Below, piece after piece: positions 1-12,835 of a DNA stretch of 64,000 nt. Within the stretch, counting starts at the first letter, position 1; each line of letters starts with the position of its first letter. Under the pieces are notes generated by a model. The model made no database searches. It was not told the DNA's origin and saw nothing but the letters and a program-made list of their open reading frames with translations. The position numbers and the translations under genes are program-made. Source of the stretch: Asterias rubens (lineage: Eukaryota); contig NC_047069.1 of the NCBI RefSeq assembly GCF_902459465.1, positions 20,088,001 to 20,152,000 of the forward strand, written 5' to 3'.

Positions 1-1080
1 TATTGTCCATTGAACATTTTAGGATTGTGAATGGGAACAAAATGAGAATATTTGAAAGAAATCAGTGAAAACAGCAAAAAAAAAAACAGGTTACATTGAA
101 AGGGATTTCGTGTCACTCATAAAACACATTAATTTTGATTACCAAAATCAAGCCGAGTTATAAGTTTTTATCAAATTTGAATCTAAGAAACTTAACCGAC
201 AGGAACGTTTCTCATATTATAGAAGAGTTTGCGGTAACACCATGTAATGACTATCTCTAGATGAGAATGGCCGGTTCAACTCTCAACTCTGGTTTATATG
301 TCAACTTTGTGTTATCCAATTACTGAATTTTATTCCAGCGTGGACATAATAACCGCTCTGGATTTGTTAATATATCTCAAAAATCCAACAAAAACCTTTC
401 GAACTAAACATGTTTACATGTTAGTCTGTTGTATGTCTACATTTATATATGATTAAAACAATCCAACGGTTCCAAACCCAAAGGCTTACTATGGGGTAGC
501 ATTTAGTAGCAAGTAGAGTTTTAGGCAGTTATACATATCCAGCACACGTTTCTCTTTAACGTCCATGCAATCGCGTGCTTGGATCTATTTGTATTAAATC
601 ATTTCAATATGTTGAATTCATTTGATAAATTTTTAAGAAGTCATCAAAAAGAGACGGCACAATATTTGATTGAATTAATTTAAATTTGATAAAGTAACGA
701 ACTAATGTGATTCACTGGGTCATCGTGTGTGTGAGTGTTGGGGCGCTTCTTTATATCGCACCCATGGAAGTTTGGTTGGATTTGTGTAGCCAACCGATAA
801 AGAAATTGTCTCTTTTTTGTTTTTACTCCGAAGAGAAATTCCTCTTAGCAAGTAAACATTCGATGAAACTTTGCATCGGGGATACATTTTACCCTTCACT
901 GAAATTCGACAAGCAGTCTGATATACTCAGTGCTTTCTTGAGTTAGACGGGGGAGGGGAAGACATTTTTTTTTTATATAACTTCGCATTTTGAGTTTATC
1001 GCTCAGTGGGCGTTTTATTCATTTTTATTTTGGCATCGATACAATGCACAATTTGTAATCGTTTGTTCACTATTTTTTCT

Positions 1081-1209
1081 TGTGACCCAGAAGGCCGATC
1101 GATCTCAAAACTTCCACAGGTTTGTCAGTTTATGTAATGGTGGTTAACAAAAACTGCTTACACTGGCAGCAACTGTTTTGTTAGCAAACACCAATTATGT
1201 GTTGTTCCT
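1081..1209 (-). mobile_element. Kolobok-type MITE family G, terminal fragment
   Basis: Reverse complement of the first part of the element at 37020-37370 (gatcgatcggcc, ttgctggcagtgtaag); ends ...gttcct|ttac. Confidence 0.6.
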
Positions 1210-1254
1210 TTACACATTCTAGTTGAAGTACCAATGCTGTAGCACTCAATCAAG

Positions 1255-1460
1255 ACGCGTGTACTACTCAAAATTATATTTTATAGAGTATACTAATCGA
1301 GCAACTCGAATACTATACGAGTAATACTACTACTCGAATACTACTCCAGAAGTGAAGTACTTGATGGTACTCGCACTCAGCAAGAAAAAGACTCATACTC
1401 GAAATCCATTCTGTTACTCGACTGAAAATTGTGTCGGATTCCGATTTTTAAGTACTCGTG
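1255..1460 (-). repeat. GAGTAC/TACTCG-rich degenerate array
   Basis: Many tactcg/tactact motifs; agtacttgatggtactc is the reverse complement of the gagtaccatcaa unit at 15340-15790. Confidence 0.55.
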
Positions 1461-2694
1461 GTAAAAACAGCACTCTCCTTAATCTCTACTTTCCTATAGG
1501 CCTAAGGGATTTACAATAAGTGTGACTCAAAAAAAGTGTGATTCGAAAAAGTGTGACTCGAAAATGGCGGACCACAGTTAAACAGCAGCTGACGTGGGTG
1601 ACGTCAGTGCAGAGGTTCTTCAGGAGCATTTTCTGTAATATCCAATAATCTTGCAGGAAATGTATGTCAAGGTTACCGTAGCAGTGTTCTTTAAATTTAA
1701 TCTCACAGTCTGGCGCTCTCCCTATCGAGAGGAATTCATCGCCTGAAACGTTCTCACCTTCAACAAAAAGTACACCTCAAATCAAATCTTATTTCGTTGG
1801 CTCGAAATGAGAAAGACCCATTTGCCAGTTGTACAAAATAATAAAACATGTATTGTGAAAGTTGGTTATTTTCTCTCAGAAAACCTTGAACGCGAATCCG
1901 AGGTTTCATGACCGTACTTTTTTGTTAAAGTTAATTTATAAAATCACTGAAATGTGCATCTAAGTGGTTTAGATTGCATTCACGAGTGCCAAATGCCAAT
2001 ATTTTGTTTCGATATCATCGGATCTTTCGTAAGCATCGTCTCCAATATAAGGTTAGACGTTTCTATATTGTTCTTATCCTTCAACGTCTTCTTTTTATCT
2101 GCTTCGAGAAGAAATATTTTCTTTAGCGATCAAATTTGTCTTCAGTTGATCACACACCATTGTGGAGTATGCAGCCTCGATTTCAACGTGTCCCTCGGCG
2201 TTTATCCAACGACAGAAGTTGATAATGCTGGCTGGCAGTCCATCGGGAAAAGTCAATATTTCTAATTGCTTTTTATGATCCAGAAAACGACAAGAGATCT
2301 CCCTCTTTCTCTCTTCACGGTTTGGACGTGGACTTGAAATCTACAAATATTAGCAATCGGGTCTCTAGCTTGAGGTAGCTGTAGGCGTGTATGGCTCGCC
2401 TTAGTGTTTGCCAAAGTAGGTCACGAGTTGTGGAATACATCTATCATTAAACAAAAGTAGAAAAGCCCCCCTAATCAGTCAAGACACTCAATAAGAAGAG
2501 AAGGTTTTAAATGTAAAAACAATTCCTAAAATATCTGTGTGGTTTCGTGAGTTATTGCTTTGGCCTGCAAGACCCCACATTCCTTGCTCTATATCCATGC
2601 AGGATTAATGTGTATCGGATCCATGTTAAATGTTGAACTTGCGAGAGAGGTTCCATCGCTCGTTGAGCAGAGAACCAGGTTATTTTATGTTTAA

Positions 2695-3065
2695 AGGATG
2701 TGGGTACTTTTTGTAACACAAAACACAATGTCCACAGATATACATTTAACTTACATTGTTTGAAGATAATGATAGTAGAAAGCGTACCTTAAAATATTAG
2801 TTGCTGAGGTGCTGTAGTTTTTGAAAATTAGTAAAACAATGTCATGAAAATACGTTTTTACATGTGAAAATAATTTTCGTCTCATGATCACTGAGACGAA
2901 AATTATTTCCATGACATTGTTTTACTCATTTCTCAAAAACTACAGCACCTCAGCAACTAATATTTTCAGGGAAGCTTTCTACCATCATTATCTTCAAACG
3001 GTGTAAGTTTAGTGTAAATCTGTAGACATTGTGTTTTTTTGTCCTACAAAAAGTACATGGACCCT
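2695..3065. mobile_element. Fold-back Kolobok-type MITE family B
   Basis: TTAA at 2691-2694 and 3066-3069, AGG...CCT termini, near-palindromic arms of about 170 bp; second copy at 33061-33485. Confidence 0.85.
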
Positions 3066-3069
3066 TTAA

Positions 3070-3390
3070 AGGCACTGGACACTGTTGTAAATTACTCAAA
3101 ATAATTGCTAGCATACAAACTCACTTGGTATAAATGAGCAATGGAGAGCTGTTGATAGTATGCAACCTTGTGAGAGACGGCTTTCTCTGAAGTGACGTAG
3201 TTTTTTTGAGAAAAAGGTAATTTCTCATTCAAAATATGACAAGACTTCCAGGCCCGAGTCCTCTTTTAGGCATCTGAAAGCACAAATTTGTGCAACGAGG
3301 TTGTTTTTTCTTCCATCAGTCTCTTGCAACGTCGATGACCTATTGAGTTTTTTCACAGATTTGTTAAATTTATTTCATGCCTATGTTGGG
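3070..3390 (-). mobile_element. Kolobok-type MITE family A, truncated
   Basis: Begins aggcactggacac directly after the TTAA shared with family B; matches other A copies in reverse. Confidence 0.8.
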
Positions 3391-3972
3391 ATGCAGCAGC
3401 TTTCGTTATTAGGCATATAAAGTATTTTTGAGAAGCGTTTCACTTTGAAGTTGTATGGTTAAGGAATAGTTTGTCAGTTTTTATTCCCGCAATTTGAATC
3501 TGAAAAGCGTTACTTTCAGTGACGTTACTCAGATTGTGAACTCTATGCATTTGCAGATTATTCTTCCCGCGTGGGACATAACAGCTCCAGACTTTCGGCA
3601 AAATGTAAAAAAACACTACCACCTTTCAATTGAAATTTGCACAGTTATGTTTTATAGAATAACAATAAACAGCGGGTTCCTAATACCAAACATAATCGAT
3701 TTCAGTTTAATTGTCTTCATTTCCATATTTCTACTTTATACACCAATAGGCCTGATGAATATTTTAAAACCACTTTCCCCATTTCCCTCGCATGTTCGAC
3801 GCCATCAACTAGGGCACTAAATAACTAAACGCAGACATAAGCCAGCAACGTCTATGACCCGGTAATTCATACCGAATCGACGGTTTGCGTAAACACGGCC
3901 TCTAATAACACACACAACTCCAATAAGCGCCCATTTGTTACTCTACTCCATGTGACGCTCATTCGGATGAGC

Positions 3973-3986
3973 GTAACCATGGCAAC
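3973..3986. promoter_or_regulatory. Candidate RFX X-box
   Basis: GTAACCATGGCAAC matches the GTHNYY-AT-RRNAAC consensus; half-site catggtaac at 4331-4339. Confidence 0.35.
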
Positions 3987-5394
3987 CAGAGTGCATCATT
4001 AATGTCCTAATTCGATAATCTCATAAACATGTTCCGGGTAATTTTTGGTCACGACGAGCTGCACACACCATTCACGAGGTCCCAAATGACATCTCGACAG
4101 AGGATGCAGAAACTCGAAGACGCAATTCAAAATTTGGTCCCTTGGTGGATGAGAAATATTCAAGACCCATTCTTCAACTCTATTTTTAAGAGGCTGAGCC
4201 ATAAATCGTCTTATAATTCCGAGTTCTTGCCTTGATATAATAATTACCCAGTTCAGTTGAAGTTTTGTCCCAGTCGTGCAGCCAATCAAAATGTTAAAGG
4301 CACTGTGTAGTTTGGGTGATAACCTGGGGACATGGTAACGACCATCAGCCACGTCAATAAAACCGTTCCGCTCTGGATAATCTGAAAACGTTTTTGATTT
4401 TGGAGAGAGAAAAAAGGTAATAGGCCTGCAACAGGCAGGTTTATTTTGAAAACTTGTGTCGTAAATCGAGTATGTGCTCGTGAAAGTGTAGCAGGTTTGG
4501 ACGACTTAAAAGGGTAAGCCTCAACTTCAAAGACCGGGATATTAACATTTTCACAGTCTGTGTTTTTGCTAAACCAAACAAGAAGCACATTTTACACATT
4601 TACATTGGTGTTATTTTATCTCTGTGGCTTTATGTATATTATGTGCCAACACCAATGGTGTAGCCTACATTTTAACAACCCAGTTTTTCAAGTGCATGAA
4701 CTCAAACTTTCTTTTAAAATTAAAAAGCACGATCACGTTAAACAGCCATTTCTCGCTTGGCCAATGTATTGCAACCGTTATTACACCGAGTGTATAAGAT
4801 CACCAAACTGCCACCGGGCTCTGATTGCAATTTCCCCCCTTCTTTGATGGTTTGACAGAACCGAGTAAAAAGACGTCCATCACATTCCGAGATTCCTTTC
4901 TTATCATCTCACGAAGTAAAATGACAGTCCTTGTCCCTCTGCAAATTGCATTCCTGGATTGTTTCTCATTGCATTTTGTGGAGAAGCTTTAATCCCAGGT
5001 TTGACGGTAACACATTTCTGTAACCTCTAGAGGTGATGAAAGCCGTAGAGACGCATCATCTCTTACCCCAATTTGACATTTTCTTGTTGACGGGTTATTT
5101 TTTTCCTCAAGGAGATTGGATGGAGAAAAGCTACCACTTATCTCTGACATACCTTGAAAAATACATTTTAAGATTACACATCGTTTAATACAGTTAAAGG
5201 CATAATAACAGCCGAATGGCACAATTAAAGAGTTAATGTAATTCCAAAACGAGCTTTCAGATTGAAACTTTCTAAAGCCCCTTGTTATTTATTATTATTA
5301 GTGTGTGTTTATGAAATCAAGGATGCCTCATAAGTTGACCTAATATCTAAAGCTCGCAAGCCAGAGGGAACCTGTAAACAAGGGGTACTTGCTA

Positions 5395-5545
5395 TGTGAA
5401 CCAAACAGTGGAGTTCACCCCTACTCTTCTACGATAATTTTGTCCATGTTCTTTTACATGCACTACCAATCCTAGTACACGGGACCTACAGTGTAATGTC
5501 CCATCCGAAGGACATAAATATATTATGGTTGTGAAGCTGAGAACA
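5395..5545 (-). mobile_element. SINE fragment with Deu-domain-like core
   Basis: Minus strand ccttcggatgggacattacactgtaggtcccg...gtaaaagaac...atcgtagaagagtaggggtg resembles the DeuSINE/SINE3 core (recalled, not aligned). Confidence 0.6.
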
Positions 5546-5559
5546 CTTTCAAAAGCTTC

Positions 5560-5800
5560 AAATAATGTAATAGTCAATAACCCAAAGAAAGAGAAGACAA
5601 GGAAGAAAGTTTTAAGTTTGAAATACGTAGGAGTAAAAACCCCAGGGAATTATTCCAATGTAAATCACTGTATGGAAAGTCAACGCATCCAGGTAGGGAA
5701 TGTACAGTCAATCCGTGCAGTGTCCCCGGCGTGATTCGAACCGGGGTCTTCGTACAGTGGCGGAAGGCAAGGAAAGATGCCACTACGTCATCCCGACCAC
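5560..5800 (-). mobile_element. tRNA-derived SINE
   Basis: Pol III A-box-like tgacgtagtgg (5780-5790) and B box ggttcgaatc (5733-5742) followed by a non-tRNA body. Confidence 0.7.
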
Positions 5801-5986
5801 CCGACCACTCGACCACCCTACCACCCTTGAAGTCTGACGCTCTTTCACGGCCTCGACACGCCACTTTTAAGGGGTTTCTGATAAAGAATAACACATTATC
5901 TTTGAATTGAATAAAAACACAGAAACATATACATCTTTCATGGCTTATACCATTACGCATTAGATCTGTAACTGCCTGGAACTTAA

Positions 5987-6287
5987 AGGCACTGGACACC
6001 TTTGATAATTGTCAAAAACCAGCCTTCTCACTTGGTGTATCTCAACAAATGCACAAAATAACAATCCTGTGAAAACTTAAACTCAATTGGTCGTCGAAGT
6101 TGCGAGATAATAATGGAAGAAAAACACCTTTGTCACACACGAAGTTGTTTGCTTTCAGATGCTTGATTTCGGGAACTCAAAATCTAATTCGGAGGTCTCA
6201 AAATCGAATTCAAAAGTTTTAGTGAGAACATTACTTCTTTCTCGAAAACTACATTAACTCAGAGGGAGCTGTTTCTCACAATGTTTC
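5987..6287 (+). mobile_element. Kolobok-type MITE family A, 3'-truncated
   Basis: TTAA+aggcactggacacc terminus; body matches family A. Confidence 0.85.
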
Positions 6288-8181
6288 CACTTCGTGGAGT
6301 GTTACCGAGAACGTTTTATGAAAAATTATTTTTAGGTTACCAATAATGTCCAGTGAGACAAGATACGGATGTTGAGATGAAGCCAGGAACGAGATACACT
6401 AATTTTGATTACAAACATTGTCAACCCGAAAAACATCCGAAAATAGGTAACACAGACAGCGTGATCAAACGACAAAGTTACCATTTGCATGAATCTGATG
6501 AGAGATAATAAAGACTGTCGTAAATACACGTCGTGTCGCTAGACCCACTAAAAATACCTGAATTACACAGAATAATGTTCTCGGCTTTCGCATCAAACCC
6601 CTTAAGATATGAATTAGTTTTCATTTAGAATTCCACCGCCATGATGAAACAGTAATGCGACACCAAACCTACCCAGTAACTTAAGTCAATAATTGACATG
6701 ATTGAGGCAGTTTCTTTAGCTACCACAATACACTTCTCCGAGGAAGAAGAAGAAAAAAAGTTAGCACAGGCGTAAGATTTCTATTTTTGCAATTCGGTCC
6801 TCGTCATGCGAGATGCTTCACGAGAAGAAAATCAACAACGGAGAGAGAGACGGCATAGAGAGTCTTTCCTTTAGTGCCTACTGAGGGAATCCCTCAAGGT
6901 TTTGGCCTCGCTAAACAATCCGTAACTATACAACAGAGCCGCAAGGAACTCCCCTGGCTCTGTCTTCGTTGTCATTCCATGTCTTGGGAGACGTCTTCGA
7001 GTGTTTGCTCGGGACTATACGCCGCATCTTCTCTTAATGTTGCATATCGTCTTTGGGGGAGGTAGATTATAAAGAAACACTAGACGACTGTTTAGGGATT
7101 CGGGTGTTAAAGCGACGCGCTGGTGAGCCAAGCAGTTTGGCTTTAGCTTGGAAAAGGAGCTCCTTAATTGACATGTGGATAGTGTATTATCGGAGTAAAC
7201 GGCGTGGAGGCAATTACTGACAATCCTTCGCGATTCAAACTTGTGTTTTTAAACATCCATTTAAAGTGAAATGTCTTGAAACATGCGTTAATTTTCAACT
7301 CGAGGCTTTCAGGGTGAGATGTCTTGAGTTAAACGGTTTTTTTTTTAGCGTTCAAATAGCATGATTAGTCTGTGAAACAGTCGCCTCTCTCATATGATCT
7401 ATTGATATCTATAGTCAAAGTCTCCCCTTAATTATTTTCTAGATTGATGGTCGGTGTTTGTAAACTGGTCGCAAGACTAGTAAATAGTTGGATTTCATCT
7501 TTCTATTTGCACAGATTACCAGTCAGTCGTGGAAAACGTCCTCAAGTCTTTTGGGTTCCCCTTGAGCAAGACGCCACTCTCGAATTTGACGAATCTATTT
7601 GGCTGGACAGCGCCTTGGTAAGAGCGAGGAAATAAGATTGGTTATGAAGCATCGACTCCACAGAGTGCCTCTTTAGCTCCTTAAGTCAACACTCTGAGAC
7701 GTTTTCCAAGACGAACTTTCGCGAGCTTCGCAATTGCACTTTTTTTTGGCGCGCAAATTCCGGATGAGATTAAAACGCGGAGTCTCGAGGGGACATTGTC
7801 AAGGTTTCATTCCAGTCAAGTTGGTTTTTCCTTTATCTCAAACGTCTAAACAGAAAATCATCTTGAAGAAACTTAAAAATAACCGTGAGAGGTTTAAGAC
7901 GTTTGTAAAGTACATACTTAAGAAGCAGGGTAGGTGGTACTTGCGTATACGGTTGAGGATATAGCCAGGAGTCCAGGCTGTTATAGCCTTTATAGGAATA
8001 TTATATCATGGTTTGATAAACATAAACAGACAGATACATTCATGTCAATCGAGTGGAACTGATCGAAGTCATTCGAAAGGGACAATTAGTCACCAAACAA
8101 AGATATAAATATTTGCTTCATGGCCGATGCAAGCTTTTTATGAGATGGAATAATTTCAAATTTCGCACGGCACTGACCCAG

Positions 8182-8506
8182 GGCTCAATTTCATAGAGCT
8201 GCTAAGCACAGCAAGTAAAGCTATGCTCAGCAACTGGTAACCTGCTCATTTCTGCTTAGCAGACAATTGTTAAGCAATACGCTGTGTTTGAGTAGTTCTA
8301 TAAACTTTGGCCCAGGACTAAATTTTATAGATTTTAAGCACAGCAAGTAGCTACAAACACAGCAACATTAGGCTTGCCAGATTTGGTAACTGTTCAAAAT
8401 ATCATGCCACAAGTACAATTTATGACTGGTATCCTGCACAGTTCTGCTTAACAGAACATTTTTTTGTATTTTTTCTGTTTATTAAGCAGCTCTATGAAAT
8501 TAGGCC
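8182..8506. mobile_element. Two tandem Harbinger-like MITEs
   Basis: TIR ggctcaatttcatagagctgct / agcagctctatgaaattaggcc; CAG, CAG and CTG (CWG) at the three junctions. Confidence 0.65.
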
Positions 8507-9519
8507 CTGATGGCAAAATTATATGACCGACAATTAGCCCGGTCATCTCAGCATGTAATATACTATTATTGTCCTTTGTTTTTGTTGTAACATACAGTTT
8601 TCTCGAAAATGGCTTCATTTCACATGAAGACATATTTCACAGAAAACGGGTTATAATATAAGGAACTTTATAATCAGTAAACTTACACACAAATTTTGGT
8701 TGTAATCAGGTGTTTGTGGGGTTTTTCCAGATAAAGTTTTCTCGAAAATGGCTTAATTTGAAAGCCTTTTTTTTTTACAGAAAAATATATTTTAATAACA
8801 TAATTTGAAAATCAGCAAACATAAAGATTAAATCACAATGATTATAATTTGCCAATCCTATACACTACATTGAACTTTTCCCCTAACCATTACCAAAGGA
8901 AGACATTTCATCCCGTTGAAGACCAAAACACAAATCAAGGAAAACGAACCAGATGGTTAGAGACTTAATACTCATCACTATCTTGAAAGATTGGACCGTC
9001 TTCTCGTGACATAAACCCCCGGGCGTTGAACCCACGCAATATCACACCATCCCCTGTTTGCAAAATACTAACTAGAAATTCTTGATGTTTCCACTTTCAA
9101 ATTTGTTGGGACTGGAGCAAAGATAATCTACTCTTCATCTGTGAAATACTGAGGAGACGTTTTACTTGGGCTTTGCTGTGAGGATCGTTTCTTCTACATC
9201 TAGTAACAACGATATCAATGGTGAGATGAGACATCTGCTAAAACTATCTGTGATGAAACAGTACACCTGTCAGAAACGTTGGTGGCGCTGTCGGTAAAGA
9301 TAATGCCAACGCTCTATACCGTTTGGCAATCATGGCATTCATTACTTCAGAGTAAAAACCCTTACTTGAGAGCACTAAAAATCTTCACAGCATCCCTGTT
9401 CAGCAGACATATACCATTCCTCAGTTATCCTCAATTCCCTGTGGCATACAACCTCCCATCACGCTATTTAAGTTGGCGCCACCAGGGATAACCCAACACT
9501 AAACTATTGCCACGCCCCT

Positions 9520-9653
9520 TGCAGGTTCCCATTTAAACACCTGGGCGAAGAGAAGCAATTATGGTTGTAAGCCATGGACTAAGGTGTCATGACCGGGGTT
9601 CAAACTCACATTTCGGTTTTCAACCTTTAAACTTGAGTTCGATGCTCTAGACC
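9520..9653 (-). mobile_element. tRNA-derived SINE fragment
   Basis: Minus strand ggtctagagc...gtttgaaccccggtcatgacac...aaccataattgcttctc...cccaggtgtttaaatggg. Confidence 0.55.
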
Positions 9654-11473
9654 AAACGACAAAAATGTACATTACTAAAAATAATATCATTACAAACCAA
9701 ACTGATTCATCAGGTTAGGCAACTACAACAGATTGGAAACTTGCTCGACAATACAAACTGTTAAACAATATTAGTAAAAATGCCTACGAAACTGCTATTG
9801 GTATTATAAACACTGCTTGTGAACCAGTTTTTCATCAATAGATATTGAATAAAAACCAGCCGTAGCTTGAACCGTCAACAATCATCAACAAAAAAACTCC
9901 CCTTTCCAAAATCAAAGAAGCTCTAATATGCTGTAAAGAGATCCAATCTCCAAAATGTAGCTCTTAATTTTGGAAAGTTTTATTTGCAGAATAAAGTCAT
10001 GAGCTTTCATTTTGGGTTTAACATAATTACGTTTTACCGAAGGTTACTTTTTACTATGTCGGGCTATTATTCTATTATATATGTTGCATTTTTGCATTTA
10101 ATATTTCCCCAGTTTCAGGTTTTTTTTTTATCAAGAATTTGATCTTGCAACTGCTTCTGTTTATTTTTGTATTCATTTTATGGTTATATATTTATATTAC
10201 GTATAGTTGGCACTATACAGTAAATCGTGTTCAAAACAGCTCTTGGCTGCAACGCATGGATATATAAATAAACTATTGTGATGAGTAAAAGAACAATTGA
10301 GTTGTCCTTCCTGGACATGAGTTGCATATTGTGCAGACGTTTTTTTTTTCCTTTTTTTTTTCGTCACAGAAAAATTCGTACAGAGAAAAATACGTTGGTG
10401 TATTTTCGAACGTTCTTACATTAAACATTGTCCCCATGATATTTGATTAAGCAACCCTAAAGCCTGCAAGTAAATCAGAAATGTTAAAGGTCACTTCCGT
10501 GCCTACGTACCAAAGGTTCACCAAGCCTCACACTAAATCGAAGCTTACTGGTCACTTCAAAGCATCCGTACCAAAGGTCCCCCCCCCCACCCCGCTAATA
10601 TTAAACGCCAAATATCCCTCTAGCCATTCGCTAGCAGCGTGATAATTCCTATTTGCCAATAAGCCCGAGAAATGACTCGCAATACAATAAAGGAAATGAA
10701 ATTGGCTAAAAAACATGTCAGCCGTGCCGCGGTTAATAGGGCGATTTATAAGGCCATTACGGTGGCGGCTTCGAGCCAGATCACCGTGCCGACAAAAACC
10801 CCGTTCAACTAGAGCATCGTTTTATATAGTATTCTGACTTTTCCCCTTGTTCCCCTGTGTGAATAATTATTCTGCAGATCTCCTTATATAGTTGTGTTTC
10901 CTCGATTGAGGCTTTCCGTAATGGCGGATTTTGAGGGATTGTCGAATCGCTTTGTCGGGGTTTGAAGCCTTTGATTCTTTGCACAAGTGATATAACTGTA
11001 ATCAGTGATTTGGGATTTAGACTATTTCGCTTCTAATTGTATTTACCTCGTGAGTCTGAACTCCGCAGCAAGGGATTTGCAGCCGATTTCACGAAACGCT
11101 AGGATTAATCCTATCTCGAGTTAGGACGAGTAACCCGTCCTAACCTAGGATGGCTTAAATGAGTTTGATTAGAATTTGTTCAACAGAGTTTGTATCCACC
11201 TGTGCTGTTTACTTGACCAGGTGTTGCCTGGGTTTATTTAGCTGATTGTGTTTGCTTTAATTAGTTAAGTGTTGGAGTTTTATTTTCCTACCATTACAAA
11301 CTGACAGACCGATTAGATTTTGATTTTTTTTTGTCTGAGCCATATTACTTTTCTATTTTTTTTTTTTTGGCAACCCGTCTTGTTCGTGCTGCATGGCCCA
11401 GCTCAAGGCAGCTGACCAGCTTCTAGTGTTGCCTGTGGACTATAATATGGTGTCGTTGTTGACAGAATCTTAA

Positions 11474-11857
11474 AGACAGTGGACACTATTAGTAATTGTC
11501 AAAGACTAGTCTTCTCACTTCGTGTATCATAACATATATGCATAAAATAACAAACCTTTGAAAATTTAAGCTCGATTGGTCGTCGGAGTTGCGAGATAAC
11601 TATGAAAGAAAAAAGTACCCTCGTCACACGAAGTTGTGTGCTTTCTGATGCTTGATTTCGAGACCTCAAATTCTAAATTTGAGGTCTCGAAATCAAATAT
11701 TTTGTGGAAAATTACTTCTTTCTCGAAAACTACGTCAGTTCAGAGGGAGCTGTTTCTCACAAAGCTTTATACTATCAACCTCTCTCCATCACTCATTACC
11801 AAGTAAGGTTTTATGCTGATAATTATTTTGAGTAATTAGCAATAGTGTCCACTGCCT
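11474..11857 (+). mobile_element. Kolobok-type MITE family A, full length
   Basis: TTAA on both sides; TIR agacagtggacactatt...aatagtgtccactgcct. Confidence 0.9.
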
Positions 11858-12481
11858 TTAAACTTGGACAATGGACAACATGCGACATTAGTAGCTGAAG
11901 GTAATTAGCAAAACAAAAGGTAAATGTCCAACATTAACCGAAAACCGAGGGAATTGCAATAATTTTACACGGAATGGTGTGAATGGTTCACCCATTTCGC
12001 ATTTTGCTATGATGTAAACATAATATGGAAGAGGGACAGGGGCCAAATGAAATAATGACTTGAGAAAGATTCAACTTACTCTGGTTTGACGCACATGTTC
12101 TCAAATTGTACTCTTGTCTTCCTTCCTGTGTCCTTGCACTTATTAGTTTCCCAAAGACGTTGTACACACATTTTCTTGTGGAACACACCGTCTTTAGAAT
12201 TTGCACATGGAGGCCGATTGTTTTCCCTTGTTTGTTTAAGAATGCAATGCACCTTTCAAACTTACACTCATCAACCAATGTATTGGCACTCTAAACACAC
12301 GACGCGACCTGACCACGCCCCAAAGAGCCAACAACCCACTAGTTTAAAGCTTTCTCTGCCGAACACTGTACAAACCAAGACTTTAAGAAAGACTTTGTTA
12401 AAAACTGGTCCATACAGCATGTGAATGATGTAACTAAACAAAAGCAAGTATAATTGAGTAGGTGTTACCAAGAGAATCATT

Positions 12482-12835
12482 GTTCCCAGTTCAAAGGAAA
12501 ACCCAACAGAATGTGGTCATACAGGTGATGATTCAATGCTCACTGATTGTCTAAAATAATCCTAGTTCCCAATTCAAAGGAACACCCAAAAGAATGTGAA
12601 AACAGGTGATGATTCAATGTGCACAGATTGATTAATAGAGTCACAGTTCCCAGTTCAAAGGAAAACCCAACAAAATGTAGTAAATACATGTGATGATTCT
12701 AGAATGCTCACTGATTTGGCCAAAAGAATCCCAGTTCCCAGTTCAAAGGAAAACCCAAAATAATGTGTTAAAAACAGATGATTATTCCATGTGTACTGAT
12801 GGTTAAACAAACTAGTTCCAAGTTCAAAGGAAAAA
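12482..12835. repeat. About 83-bp minisatellite, 5 units
   Basis: gttcccagttcaaaggaaaacccaa core at 12482, 12565, 12646, 12734 and 12815; intervening segments are homologous. Confidence 0.9.

Noticed and set aside
2095-2340. 81-codon Met-poor open frame on the minus strand after ctaatatttgtAG
   Set aside because: It could be a terminal exon, but no family is recognised and the length is within chance expectation.
3999-4352. 117-aa ORF (-)
   Set aside because: No recognisable domain; overlapping ORFs of similar quality exist on both strands.
5720-5800. tRNA gene
   Set aside because: The A and B boxes are present but there is no closed cloverleaf, and it continues into a SINE body.
10719-10742. 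SSU rRNA-like motif (cagccgtgccgcggttaata)
   Set aside because: It only partially resembles gtgccagcagccgcggtaa, and no other rRNA helix is nearby.
11470-11861. piggyBac assignment for the TTAA MITEs
   Set aside because: The termini are AG(G)..(C)CT, not the CCY..RGG typical of piggyBac.
12482-12835. CRISPR array
   Set aside because: The apparent spacers are homologous to each other, the context is eukaryotic and there are no cas genes.
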